Origin: Alphaproteobacteria bacterium
GTDB lineage: Bacteria; Pseudomonadota; Alphaproteobacteria; SHVV01
NCBI GenBank assembly: GCA_965261735.1
Contig: OZ253470.1
Span: forward strand, 3,456,001-3,520,000
Direction of reading: 5' to 3'
Length of the DNA: 64,000 nucleotides
The translations under genes were made by a program, and so were the position numbers. This document shows positions 30,354 through 41,900 of this stretch, piece after piece (position 1 is the first letter of the stretch; the number at the start of each line of letters is the position of its first letter). The notes below the pieces were generated by a model. It searched no databases. It had not been told where the DNA came from and worked only from the letters and a program-made list of their open reading frames with translations.

Positions 30354-31379
30354 TCAGCGGGTTTTGGCGGCGGCCCACTGGATGAAGGCCTGGGTGTGCT
30401 GGAGCGCGGGCTCGCGGCGGATGCAGGAGCCGACGAGGAACTCGCCGACCTCGCGCCGGAGCCTTGTGGCGTAGGTGACGATGGCGCCGAGATTGATGTC
30501 GTCGGCCATCCTGTAGAGCGAGCCGCAGAGCGCGATCAGCGCGCTGGCGTTGTCGGGGACCACGGCGCCCTCGGGATCGTCGATGACGGTGCGGGGATGG
30601 GGCAGTTCGTGCCAGACTTGCAAGAAAGCCGAGAACTCGACCGCCGCGGCCTCACCGACGGTGCCCCGGTACAGAGCGCGCTCGGAAACCGGATCGAGGC
30701 CACCCCGGCGGTGCACGATGTTCGAGACCATTTCCCAGGTCCTCGGACACGGGAAAGCTTTCTCCGTCGATTGGGGGTTGAAGGCGTGCAACAGCTCGGG
30801 GCGCATCGACACGAAGAAAAGCACCTCCGGAGCGATTCCATTCCCCGCACCCCAGGCGCACCAGTCCGCCGCATCGACCCGGATTTCCAGATGGACGAAG
30901 CGCGAGGCGAGCGGCGTCGGCATGCGGTGGACGACGCCGCGGTCGCCCTCGCGGTTGCCGCAGGCGATCAGCGCGGCGCCCTCGGGGAGTTCGTACTCGC
31001 CGCATTTGCGGTCGAGCACGAGCTGATACAGGGCGGCTTGCACCATCGGCAGGGCCGAGGGCAGTTCCTCCAGATTGATCAGCCAGCTTCCGTCCGCGTC
31101 CGAGGGCGGCAGGAAAGCGGGCGGCGCCCAGCGCGTGCGGTCGGCGCCGTCGCGCCACGGGATGCCGCGCAGATCGACCGGATCCAACAGCAGGGCGCGG
31201 ACGTCGACATACTCACGGCCGGCTTGCGCCGCGACCTGTTGGGCGATCTGACTCTTGGCGCACCCTGGCGCTCCCCAAACAACCACCGGTTGCCGAGCCT
31301 CGACCAGCAGCGCCAATGTGCTGGCGAGTTCGCTCGGTCGCAGTGAGTAGTCGGCGGAGATGGTATCGGGCTCGGTCAT
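30354..31379 (-). CDS. MoxR/dynein-related AAA+ ATPase
   Basis: WGAPGCAKS, DPVDLRGIP, LINLEEL, ACGNR, PLASRF, FPCPRTW. Confidence 0.9.
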   Translation of the reverse strand: MTEPDTISADYSLRPSELASTLALLVEARQPVVVWGAPGCAKSQIAQQVAAQAGREYVDVRALLLDPVDLRGIPWRDGADRTRWAPPAFLPPSDADGSWLINLEELPSALPMVQAALYQLVLDRKCGEYELPEGAALIACGNREGDRGVVHRMPTPLASRFVHLEIRVDAADWCAWGAGNGIAPEVLFFVSMRPELLHAFNPQSTEKAFPCPRTWEMVSNIVHRRGGLDPVSERALYRGTVGEAAAVEFSAFLQVWHELPHPRTVIDDPEGAVVPDNASALIALCGSLYRMADDINLGAIVTYATRLRREVGEFLVGSCIRREPALQHTQAFIQWAAAKTR

Positions 31380-31556
31380 GGCATGCTCCAGGCTGTCACG
31401 TGGAATGGATGAGTTGCGGCGCGGGCGGCCCCTCGGGCGCCCCCGTCCCTTTGCCCCGCCTCCGGCTTCGACACCGGCTCTCGCCGGCCCGTGGCTTGGC
31501 ACATGTCCGGGCAGGGTTCGTGGAGCGCGGCCGGGAAGCGATCGCGGTGCCGCCGT

Positions 31557-32030
31557 TCAGGGTAGCCGGCGGTGGAACGCCGTTCTGCCGCTTACGGTTC
31601 CCGTCCGTCGCGGCCGGTTCGCCGGCTTTGCCGAACCTGCGGCGTCCGCGGGCTTGCCGGCGAGGACGCGGGCAGCGGCTTCAAGTTCGGGTCCCGATTC
31701 GACGATACGTCCGGCGGCACGCGCGGCCTCGGCGTAAATGGACAGGGGAAAAGCGGCGGTAAAATGAATATCGCGCTCGATGCCGAGCCCGAAGGGCCCC
31801 CGGTATTCGGTTAATTCGAGTAGACCTATTGACCCCAATTCGGGTGTGCCGAAGCCCAAATCAGCCAGGCCGAATCCACACTCGTCAGGGTATTCGGGAT
31901 CGAGCTCCGACAGCAGCCAGGTGCCCGCGCCGCATGGGTTGAACAGTTTGACCACGGGCTTATGGTCGGCCCCCCTTCGGGTCCCATTTGCTAGCAGCTT
32001 CGTGCGCTGTGCTTCGGTGAGCAGTTTCAT
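31557..32030 (-). CDS. DUF2958 family protein
   Basis: PVVKLFNPCGAGTWLLSELDP...FGLADLGFGTPELG...IERD. Confidence 0.88.
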   Translation of the reverse strand: MKLLTEAQRTKLLANGTRRGADHKPVVKLFNPCGAGTWLLSELDPEYPDECGFGLADLGFGTPELGSIGLLELTEYRGPFGLGIERDIHFTAAFPLSIYAEAARAAGRIVESGPELEAAARVLAGKPADAAGSAKPANRPRRTGTVSGRTAFHRRLP

Positions 32031-32145
32031 GGGATGGTCCTCTCGAATATCGATGATGGGGATGCAGCCGCGCCTGGCCGAAACCAGCCCCCGGCCCGGA
32101 GTGGCGCAAGGCAGGTGGTTCGCGCTGGATGAATGGCGCCGGCGA

Positions 32146-32633
32146 TCAGCCGGGCGGCGGCGGTCCGGTGTCGCCGGGATCCAGAATGAGCACGCGTGCA
32201 CGGCCGCCGCCGGCGGCCACATCCGGAGCGCCATCGGCTCTGCGTCCGATCGTGACCAGAGGTTTGTTGCCCGAAGGGGCCGGCGGACCGGCGGCCTCCG
32301 TCGTGACGGTGCCGGCGTCTTCGACGAAACGAATGCGGATGGTGCCGCCCGCGACCTCGATGGCGCCGGGCGGGCGGAGGCCGGTCAGCGGGACCACAGG
32401 CGGCTCGCCGTTCTCAGTGAAACGGTCGGGAACGGGGATCGCGGTATCGCCCCAGGGGTCGGCGTCCACTCCCTCGGCCAGGGCCTCGACGAATGTTTGA
32501 CTGGCCTGGTCCACGGATCGTCGCCGGCTTGCTCGATGGCCTTTTCCAGCGCCTCGCCGAGGGTACCGGCTTCGACCGTTACAGTGTTGCGGTAGTGGGA
32601 TGCGTAGCCGCAACAGACGGTATAGTGAGTCAT
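32146..32633 (-). pseudogene. Hypothetical protein frameshifted near 32515
   Basis: Start overlaps the GHKL gene stop; coding-like sequence continues in another frame (SVDQASQTFVEA...). Confidence 0.5.
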
Positions 32634-34420
32634 TGGGCCGCCTCCACATTACCGGCATCGGTTGCGGCTTCCGTGCATGCGGGTCCGATATCGACGCTGA
32701 CCTTGCCGCCGCGCACCACGATGGTGACCGTGCGGTCGCGCGGCATGAGCCAGAAGATTTCGCGCCATACCGCATCGGCGATGGTGCGCTGGCGGGCTTC
32801 CTCGACCGAGCACAACAGCTTGAGCGACATATGCAGGGCGTCTTCCTCGAAGCGGGTAAGTTGCGTCTCCCATGAGTCTGCCTCTACGTCGTCGGACGGA
32901 CTGAAGAACCCAGCCCTCAGCAATCGGGCGAGTTCCTCGGGCGCGATATCGCTGTCCGCGGTCACCAGGGGCAGAGCGTCATGGACCGATGACCAGGCCT
33001 CGCCCGCGAAGGCAAGATCGGCGGGGACGGCGATGGTGTCGCATTTACGGAAGCAATGGCGCGGCGATTTGGGCGGATGCAGAACGTTCAGGTGCATCAC
33101 GATGGTCTCGGGCCGTTCCGGCTCGCCGCCGTTCTCCCGATCGAGGAAGCTGTTCAATGAACGGACGGCGCCATCCACGGTAACAAGGGTCTCGATGTCC
33201 GTGACGCGCGCGAGCGCGTCGTACCAGGAATAACCCTCGAAGCGCGGCTCTGGGGCGAACAGCCGGAGCGTGCATTCCGATCCACCCTGGAACCCGGCAA
33301 GGCCGAGGGCGCGATGAAGCGCCTGGGCCTCGGGCGGCTCGGGGTCGGCCTGCATCACCAGTGCACCGGAACCTACCGCCGTAAAGGCGGACCGCTCGTC
33401 CCAATAGTCCGTGTCGGCGATGGCGGGTTGCCAGGGGCGTAGCTCGGCGGGCGGCTCGGGCATCTCGATTCCGGCCTCTTTCGTCTTGTGCCAGTCGGTC
33501 CAGGCAACCCGCGGAGCCGGATCGGCCTGCGCCATGGCGCGGTAAGCGGCAAGCCGCGCGGCCTCGCGCATTTCTTCCAGAAACAGGGTCTCTACCACCT
33601 CTTTCCTCGCCGGCAATACCAGCTCCAGATCGGGGCAGGAGTCGATGTCGGCCCGCGCCGACCAGACGCCGCCTTCCACCGTGTCGATCTGGGGCAGGCG
33701 CACCGGCAGGGTCAGGCCGTGAAAGTTGACGTCGGGGACGCGGTAGCCCGCATGGCTGTCCTTGAAGACGCCGAACACGAGGCCCTTCCATGGTTCCACA
33801 TGGAGCGCGCCATCGAGAAAGGCGCGGCGCTCGACAACCTCGCCGTCGATGGTGACCGGCAGGGGGTAATGCCGCGCGGCGGTCTCGAGAAAGGCGCGGA
33901 CCGAGTGGGGCGCCTCGGACGCCTCGAAAGTGACCGCGGTTCCATGCGGCCAAGGGGCGCTGTCGTCCGGGACGACATGGGCCGCATCGCGGCCGAGGAA
34001 GTGAACAGGCTCCAGGGCCAGGCGGTAGCCTAGGCTTGGGTCCCCGCCGGGGAGGCGCCAGCGCAACGTGCAGCCCCGGCGCGAGAGGGCGAGAAGCCCG
34101 AACCCGGCGGGATCTTCCGCCTCGGAGATGCCGGCCTTCCAGTTGCTCTCGCCGAAGGTCAGCAGGACGGCGGGATCGGCAATCCCCACGCCGTCATCGG
34201 CCAGGGTAACGCGGGTGGTATCTCCGTCCTGCTCGATGGTTGCGGCAACGCGGTTGGCGCCCCCACGGCGTGAGTTTTGCAGTGTCTCGGTGAAAATATC
34301 GGCGAGGCCAGCCGAAAACAGCCGGGTCACCTTGTCGATGGCGCTGTCGCCGACCCGGGCGTGGATCGTGGCGGAACCATTGCCGGGCTCGGCCGTAACG
34401 GCATTCTGTGGGGTAGACAT
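32630..34420 (-). CDS. GHKL (Hsp90/HATPase-like) ATPase
   Basis: N-box ETLQNS, G1 DDGVGI, G2 AGFGL, HGT. Confidence 0.85.
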   Translation of the reverse strand: MSTPQNAVTAEPGNGSATIHARVGDSAIDKVTRLFSAGLADIFTETLQNSRRGGANRVAATIEQDGDTTRVTLADDGVGIADPAVLLTFGESNWKAGISEAEDPAGFGLLALSRRGCTLRWRLPGGDPSLGYRLALEPVHFLGRDAAHVVPDDSAPWPHGTAVTFEASEAPHSVRAFLETAARHYPLPVTIDGEVVERRAFLDGALHVEPWKGLVFGVFKDSHAGYRVPDVNFHGLTLPVRLPQIDTVEGGVWSARADIDSCPDLELVLPARKEVVETLFLEEMREAARLAAYRAMAQADPAPRVAWTDWHKTKEAGIEMPEPPAELRPWQPAIADTDYWDERSAFTAVGSGALVMQADPEPPEAQALHRALGLAGFQGGSECTLRLFAPEPRFEGYSWYDALARVTDIETLVTVDGAVRSLNSFLDRENGGEPERPETIVMHLNVLHPPKSPRHCFRKCDTIAVPADLAFAGEAWSSVHDALPLVTADSDIAPEELARLLRAGFFSPSDDVEADSWETQLTRFEEDALHMSLKLLCSVEEARQRTIADAVWREIFWLMPRDRTVTIVVRGGKVSVDIGPACTEAATDAGNVEAAQ

Positions 34421-34451
34421 GCGGGTTCTCCTGGTTGTCGATGCGGGAATG

Positions 34452-34486
34452 AAAAACGCCCCGCTGGCCGGTGCCGGCGAGGCGTT
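34452..34486 (-). terminator. Hairpin plus T tract after parB
   Basis: AACGCC..GGCGTT stem with T tract on the minus strand. Confidence 0.4.
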
Positions 34487-34510
34487 GTCGTGAGGAAAGA
34501 ACGCGGTGGT

Positions 34511-37062
34511 TCAGCCGCGGCGCAGGAATGCCGGTATCTCCAGCAGCTCCGCTTTGTTGTCGTGGCCGTTGCCGCGCGGCGGGGCCAGGACCTGTTCCGG
34601 CTCCACCGGCACGTTGCTACCGCCGCCCGCAATGGCGATGTGTATGGCGCCATGATCGTCCGCGCCGGCCGCTTCCGGCGCGGACGCCGCGACCGGAGGG
34701 GTGGCATCCGCGTTCACGGCCGAGGCGAGTGCGGCGGCGCGGCGATCGGCCACGGCGGGAGCATCGATGCTCTCGACGACGGACTGAACACCTGCGTTCA
34801 TGGGCTGCTGTGCCTCCGCCGGAGCGGGATCGGCGGCATTGTCCGCGGGAGCACCGGCCTCCGGATCCCCGGATTGCGAGGTCTCGCTGTCGGCGCCCGA
34901 TGGATCGGCGCCACCGTCGGCGTCATCGTCATCATCTTCCGGCGCATCGCCCAGCGGCGTGTCTGCCGCAGTCGGTTGCGGTTCGGGGGCGGTTGTCCCC
35001 CCGTCACTCGCCGCGCCTTCGTCATCGACGGTGCCGGTATCGAAGGCGCGGAAGCCGGGCGGCGTCCAGGCGATCGCCGCGGCGCGGCCGTCGGCCGTGA
35101 CCCCGGCGGGGATGCCGTCGCCGTGGGCGAAGGCGTCCTCCATCGCCTTGGCGATATCGGCCTTCTTTTGCTTGGCCTCCGCTTGCGCCCAGGTCTCGCC
35201 CAGCGTCCCGCGGGCGATGGCGAGTATGCGGTCCTTGCGCAGCCGCGACCACAGCAGATCAGCGGTCCAGACTTGATCGCGGTTGCCGCGGACGGCTGCG
35301 GCAAAATCGATGTCGAGCCGGGCGACGGTCGCTTCGACCTCAGCCCGGGCCTTGGGTTCGAACGCCAGTTGGCCCTTCAGCGTGCGCGCGACGCAGGACG
35401 CGAACAGGGTCCGCTTGTCTTGTTCGGGAAGCGCCCGCAGCTCGGCGAAGGCCTCGGCATCGGACAGGCCGGTCCAGTCTAGCTTTTGCGCGGCACGGTC
35501 GATCTCGAGGTGCTTCTCGCCGACATTGACGGTGCCGAAAGCATCGTCGTTGACCCGCATGGCCGGACGGTCCGGTGTCTCGACCACCCTGATGTCGAGT
35601 GCGTCATCATGGTAGCCGTTGGTGAACACGCTGCGGGCGAGCTGGAACAGCAGCAGATCGAAGGCCGCCTCGAAGTCGCAGGCGAGCTGGCTCTTGACGA
35701 TGGCCGTGCGGATGGCCCGCAAATCGTCAGCAAGGCCTATGCCGACGCCCGCTTCCTTGCGCGCCTCGGATTCCGCGTCGCCGGGAGAAGCAAGGGGAGC
35801 CGTAAGCGTTGGCGCCTCAATGCCGGAGATGGTGTTCTCCCCGTCGCCGGTATCGTCGTGTCCGGCCGCGCCCGCATCGCCTGCTTCGCGAGCGGGCATG
35901 TCCTCGGGCCTGACCAGGCCCTGGATCAGCTTGAGTTCGCCATCGTTGCCGATGGTGGAGATGCACCCGGCGATGGCGATATCCTCGCGACGGTAGACCG
36001 CGCGGGCCTCGATCGTGGCTTCGATCTCGTGGAGCCGGATCTCGTTGGCATCGGCTTCCTCGACCAATTCTTCGGTCCAGCCGTCGTCGTCCATGTTGGC
36101 GAGTTCGTCGTTACGGGTCCTCAAGCGTTCGATCTCGGCCTTCTCTTCGTCCGTGGGCTCGGCCCGTTGGGGCGTACCCGCCCGAAGGCGGCGGTGGCGC
36201 TCCAATCCACGTCGAGCCGCGCCTCGGCCCATTTCCAGCGCGTCTCCAGTTCCCTCGCCGCCATCTGTAGACTCTCCATGGCGAGCTTGTTCAAGAGATC
36301 GGGATCGTCGAACCAGATCCCCCGCTCGTCCTCCTCGGCGAACAGGTCGCGGTCGATCCTGCCGCCCGCCGCCTCGTAAGCCTCGATGCCGACGAAACGC
36401 GCGATGGCGGAGGTGGCCGGAACCCGTTCCTCGGTCAGCAGGCGCTTGATCTGCCAGGCGCCTGGCCGGTAGCCCTGTTGGCTCACCGTCTCCCAGACCG
36501 CGCTCTGGCGCGCCTGATCCGTGGTGACGGCGAAGGCCATCAACGTTTCCAGATCGATTTCGCCCGCGCGGTAGGCTTCGAGCAGCACCGGTGCGGCGTT
36601 GCCGAGCCGCAGGCGTTTCTCCACGGTGCGTTCCGAGACCCCGAAGCGGGCCGCGATGGCCGCGGCCGTGCTGCCCGCATCGGCCAGGCGGCGGAACGCC
36701 TCGACCTGATCGGCCGGGTGCATGGCGGCGCGGACAGTGTTCTCGGCCAGCGAAACTTCTTCGGCCGCCACGATACCGTCGATCATATGGCAGGGCACGG
36801 GGTGGTCCTCTTTCAGCGCGCCCTCGGCGGCCAGCGCCTGCATCGCGGCAAGCCGCCGCCCGCCGGCGATCACCGCATAGCGCGCGGCACCATCCGGGCC
36901 GGGTCCCATGGAACGGGCAATCAGGTTCTCGAGCAGCCCGTGGGCGGCGATCGAGGCCTTGAGCTCGGTGAAGGCCGAAGCATCGGCCGGCGTCTTACGC
37001 ACGTTGCCGGGCGAGAGTTCGAGTTGGGACAGCGGGATGTCGCGGATATCGCGTTCGGACAT
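34511..37062 (-). pseudogene. parB: Long ParB/RepB/Spo0J-family protein split by a 1-bp frameshift near 36172
   Basis: NVRKT, LKASIAAHGLLENL, AGGRRL, AENTVR, HPADQ, HTH; C-terminal half in the adjacent frame. Confidence 0.85.
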
Positions 37063-37342
37063 GTCGGTCTCCGGGATTGCGTGAATGCGGAACCGGGCGG
37101 GGACACCCTCTCCGGTATCCGGCCCTGACCGACCTCTGGCTCAAGCTCTCGCTCTTGGTGACGTATTGGAACCGGATGGGCTGGAGCGGTTGGTCCGTGC
37201 AAGGACGGTTGAATCGACAGCCGTCCTTCCCGCGTCAAGTAGGCCGCCCCGGGCGGGCGCGGGGTCAGTTCGATACCCGCCACGCGCGGTCGGGCTGGCG
37301 GTAGGCGTTGCCGTGGGCTTGCCCGGGCGACGCCGCCGGGGG

Positions 37343-37676
37343 TCACGGTGAGTTGGTATTGCTTGCAGTAGATTCAGCCGGCCGATTTGTAGGTGCGGGT
37401 CGGCGTATTAGCGCCTGCATTGCCGGTACTGGGATTGTGCCAGCGTGAGGGCACCCCGCTTGGACGGTCTCCAGCGCCGCTTGCCGTGTGCGGGCCGCAT
37501 ACAGGTTGTCGAGCGAGGCGCTGATCCCGCCGCCGGGAAACAACCCCGCCATTGTTCCCGCCACCGTGGCCGCGATCCCGAGCTTGCCGCTTCCGGCCGC
37601 GGACCCCGGCATGCCTCCGGCGACACCGCCGAGCCCCCGGCGCCGGTCATCCATTTTCCCGCCATGACCGCCGGTC
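37343..37676 (-). pseudogene. Glycine-zipper surface lipoprotein remnant cut by IS3
   Basis: GGVAGG..GS..GSG..AATVAGTMAG....ISASLD......QAALE. Confidence 0.45.
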
Positions 37677-38282
37677 TGGACTTGCTCGGGAAGAGTGGAG
37701 TGACTTTTGATGGTATAAACTAATTAGGAGGACCTTGATGACCCGACGAGCCCAACCAGATTTCACGGATGAATTCAAACGCGAAGCTGTGCGTTTGACG
37801 GAGGCCAGCGTGCGTACGGTCAGGGAAATTGCCGATGACCTCGGGATCGGTAAATCGACGCTGGCACGGTGGAAACACAAACATCGCGAAGCGGACTTGG
37901 TGGCCGGCCCGCATGACGATGTTGAGAAGGAACTGGCGCATCTTCGGCGCGAGAACGAACTGCTGCGCCAGGAGCGTGACCTGTTAAAAAAGGCAACCGC
38001 TTTCTTTGCCAAGGAGACAAGTCGATGAGGTTCCGGCTCATCGATGCGGAGAAAGCCCGGCTGCCGATCGACCGGATGTGTGCCCTGCTGGCGGTCAGCG
38101 CCAGCGGCTATTACGCTTGGGCGCAACGCGGTCCGAGCCGGCGGCAATTGGATGACCTGGTGCTGCTGGCCCATGTCCGGGCGCATTTTGCGGCATCGAA
38201 TGGGACCTACGGGAGCCCGCGCATGCATGCCGAGCTATGCGCGGCGGGCGTGTCGATCGGGCGTCATCGTACGGCGCGGATC
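37677..38282 (+). mobile_element. IS3-family element, left part (orfA 37738-38028, truncated orfB)
   Basis: TG start; FTDEFKREAVRL HTH, LKKATAFF; A6G -1 slippery site at 37986-37992; TYGSPRM. Confidence 0.9.
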
Positions 38283-38494
38283 GTTGCGAAAAACCCGTCT
38301 GCTCCTGTTACTCTCCTGCGCACTCTGATCCGCAGCGAAGACGAAGCGACACGCAGGTGTGTGGTTCTCAACCGACGTGCTCCATATGACGTATTGAGCG
38401 ACCTTGAAAACCAGTTCCCAGAGTTATTTGTGAATAATCCGGCACTCGAACTCTACAATTCCTTCAAGATCTGATGTCCCGGAATTTTCTATCA

Positions 38495-38541
38495 CCGCAA
38501 CACTACATGTTGTGGGTGTGTGCGTTAACCGGATAGGCATG
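38495..38541 (+). mobile_element. Isolated end of an IS1595-like element
   Basis: CTACATGT...GCGTTAACCGGATAGGCA matches the reverse complement of 56106-56142. Confidence 0.6.
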
Positions 38542-38659
38542 GAGGCAAGAAGGTGATGTTTGGTGATTTTGAGCTTCCCTGCGATGCAGAAGCTTGCGTC
38601 AGCCTGTTTGGACTGTATTTGGCGCGCCGTTTTGGGCACAGCGACAGTTGGCTGTGCGG

Positions 38660-38728
38660 CTCATCGAGCGAGATGGCGAAGTTGAATGGCGTTAATCCCC
38701 ACGCTTGGCTCAAGGTGATCGTCGACTG
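38660..38728 (+). mobile_element. IS66 TnpC C-terminal scrap
   Basis: AKLNGVNPHAWL. Confidence 0.5.
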
Positions 38729-38729
38729 A

Positions 38730-38930
38730 TTCCCGGCCGATGCCCCGGAGTGTGCGGAAACAATGGAAGAAAAGCGCCGACTTAGAGAGCCGCCCGACGC
38801 TCATGTTGCGGATGCCTTTGTTACCGCGGCGGCTGCCTCCCGTGGGCTCGGCGTGGTAACGCGGAACACCGGCAAATTCCGCAACAAAGGCATAAAGACC
38901 GTCAATCCCTGGACCGCCGGGCTGCGATGA
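38730..38930 (+). pseudogene. PIN/VapC toxin C-terminal fragment
   Basis: DAFVTAAAASRGLGVVTRNTGKF..GIKTVNPW; stop overlaps the helicase ATG. Confidence 0.7.
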
Positions 38931-41900
38931 GGATCGTTCCCAACACCGGCACCGATCGCGTGGTCGATATCGTCCGGCCCTGGCTCCGGACAGGTAATCG
39001 GGTCGACCTCGCTTCCGAAACGCTATCGCTCTTTGCCTTTGGCGAGCTTGCCGGAAATCTGGTGCGCCTAGCCGGCGCACGGCTTGTCCTGCCGACCGAC
39101 GATACCGAGATCGATCTTCTGGGATCCGGTGCGGACCGGGCCGCCCGCAATCGCCTGCAGGGCCGCTGGCTCGCCGGCCGTTGTGCAGCCTGGATCGAGA
39201 AGGCGACCGAGGTGCGCAGAGCGAACGGATCGGTTCCGCAGGGGGCGGTCGTGCTGCGTAACGGTGAAGGCCGCGCGGGGCAGGCCCTGCTCGGCTCGTT
39301 TTCGTTCAGCACTGACGGGCTCGGTCTCGCGCCGAGCAACCCGCTTAATCTGATTCAAGCTTCCGAAACGTCCGAAGAATGCGAACGGCTGGGCGCGTGG
39401 TTCGATGTGCAATGGTCCGGGCTGCCGGAAGATAACGCCGCGAAGCTGGAACTAGTGGCGGCGTTGCGCCGCGTCGCCGCGCCCCGCGCCCCGTCCAGCA
39501 TTTACGCGCTAATCCTGCACCACCTGTTCCGAATCGAGGGCGGCGAGCTCGACGAAGAGCGGGTCGTCAAGTCGGCGACCGGGATTCGCGAAACGGAAGT
39601 CTGGAAGAGACTGTTCAAATTTCAGCGCGACGGGGTCGTCGGCGCCATCGACAAGCTAGAGCGGTTCGGCGGCTGCATCATCGCCGACAGCGTCGGGCTC
39701 GGCAAAACGTTCGAAGCGCTGGCGATCATCAAATACCACGAGCTTCGCAATGACCGTGTCCTTGTGCTCTGCCCGAAGCGGTTGCGCGACAACTGGACCC
39801 TCTACCGCGCCAACGATCGCCGGAACATGCTCGCGCGCGACCGTTTCAACTACGACATTCTCAACCATACCGACCTGTCCCGCGACGGCGGCCTGTCGGG
39901 CGATATCGACCTCGCCCATGTGAATTGGGGCAACTACGATCTCGTCGTCATCGACGAATCGCACAATTTCCGCAACAAGCGTTCGCCGCGTCAGGGCGGC
40001 GAGACACGGTACGACCGGCTCATGCGCCGGATCGTCTGCGACGGCGTGAAGACCCGGGTCCTAATGCTTTCGGCCACGCCCGTGAACAATCGTCTGGCCG
40101 ATCTGCGCAACCAGATCGCATTCGCCACTGAGGGCAACGACACAGCGCTAACGGATCACGGCGTGTCCAGCGTCGACGGCACGACGCAGCGTGCGCAGAA
40201 GCAGTTCAACCGCTGGCTTGAGCTGGACGAAACCGAGCGCACGCCGTCCCGGCTCGTCGACATGCTGGGGTTCGATTACTTCGCGCTGCTGGACCGCCTT
40301 ACGATCGCCCGCTCTCGCCGGCACCTCGAAAAGTACTATGGAGACAGCGAGACAGGACGCTTCCCGGAACGTCTCAAGCCCATCAACGTGAAGCCGGATG
40401 TCGATCTCAGGGGAGAGTTCCCTTCGATCCGCGAGATCAATAAGGAGATCCGCCGCCTGAATCTCGCTGCCTATGCACCGCTCCGCTATGTCCTGGCGCA
40501 CAAGCGAGAGGCGTATGAAGAGATATACAGCACTAGACTTCGCGGCGGAGGCGGGACCTTCCGGCAATTGGACCGCGAGGAAAGCCTCGTCCAGCTTCTC
40601 CGCGTAAACGCGTTGAAACGCATGGAGAGTTCGGTCGTCTCGTTTGCCCTGACCGTGCAGCGCCAGCTTGGCGATGTCGAGGCGACCCTGGCGCGCATCG
40701 AGGAACAGGCGGGCGAACTTGAGGAGCTCGATATTGCCGACATCGATATTGAGGACCCGGCCTTCGAAAGCCTCCTGGTCGGCCGCAAGGTCAAGGTTCT
40801 GCTCCAGGACGTCGATCCGGTCCACTGGCGGCAGGACCTGATCGAGGACCGTAACCGGCTGGCGACGCTTCACGCCGTGGCTAGGCAGGTGACCGTCGAC
40901 CGCGATGCCAAGCTCGCCGAACTACGCGAAATTATCGAGCGGAAATGCCGCGATCCGATCAACGCCGACAACCGCAAGGCCATCGTGTTCACGGCCTTCG
41001 CCGATACTGCGCGCTATCTATACGACACGCTGGCGCCCTGGGCCCGGGATTGTCTGGGAGTGGAAGCCGCTCTGGTCACGGGCGCGGGACGCAACCAGAC
41101 GACTCTGCCGGGTCTCCGGCGCGACCTCGCGTCCATCCTGACCGCTTTCGCACCACGGACCAAGGAACGGCCGGACGACCTTGCGGGCGAAGGCGAGATC
41201 GATCTTCTGATCGCGACCGACTGCATATCCGAAGGCCAGAACCTCCAGGACTGCGACTGTCTCATCAATTACGATATCCACTGGAACCCGGTCCGAATCA
41301 TCCAGCGCTTCGGGCGCATCGACCGGATCGGCTCGCCCAATGCGCGAATCCAGCTTGTTAACTTCTGGCCCAACATGGAGCTGGAGGAGTATCTGCGCTT
41401 GGAACAGCGCGTCAGCGGCCGCATGGTGCTTCTCGACATATCCGCGACCGGCGAGGAGAACCTGATCGAGCAGCAGTCTGGCGATCCGATGAACGATCTG
41501 GCTTACCGCCGCAAGCAACTCCTGAAACTTCAGGATGCGGTGATCGATCTGGAGGACTTGTCGTCGGGAGTCTCCATCGCCGATCTGACGCTGACCGATT
41601 TCCGGATCGACCTGGCTGATTATCGCAGGGTCCATCCCGATACCCTGGATTCGGTTCCACTTGGTATGCATGCGGTCGCTGTTACAGCCGACGACGATAT
41701 TTTACCGGGCGTGATTTTCTGCCTCCGCGCTGAAGGAAGCGCAGCAGGGGGCCGGTTCCAGCCAGAGTATCCCCTCGCGCCGCATTATCTGGTTCATGTC
41801 GGTGAGGACGGATCGGTGCTCTTGCCGTTCACCCAGGTCAAGGCGGTGCTCGACCGACTGAAACGGCTATGTGTCGGCAAGGACATTCCCGACGTCCCTG

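Noticed and set aside
38283-38474. IS3 orfB fused to a helical-repeat-like tail (AKNPSAP...) as a new protein
   Set aside because: More simply a deletion junction between unrelated fragments.
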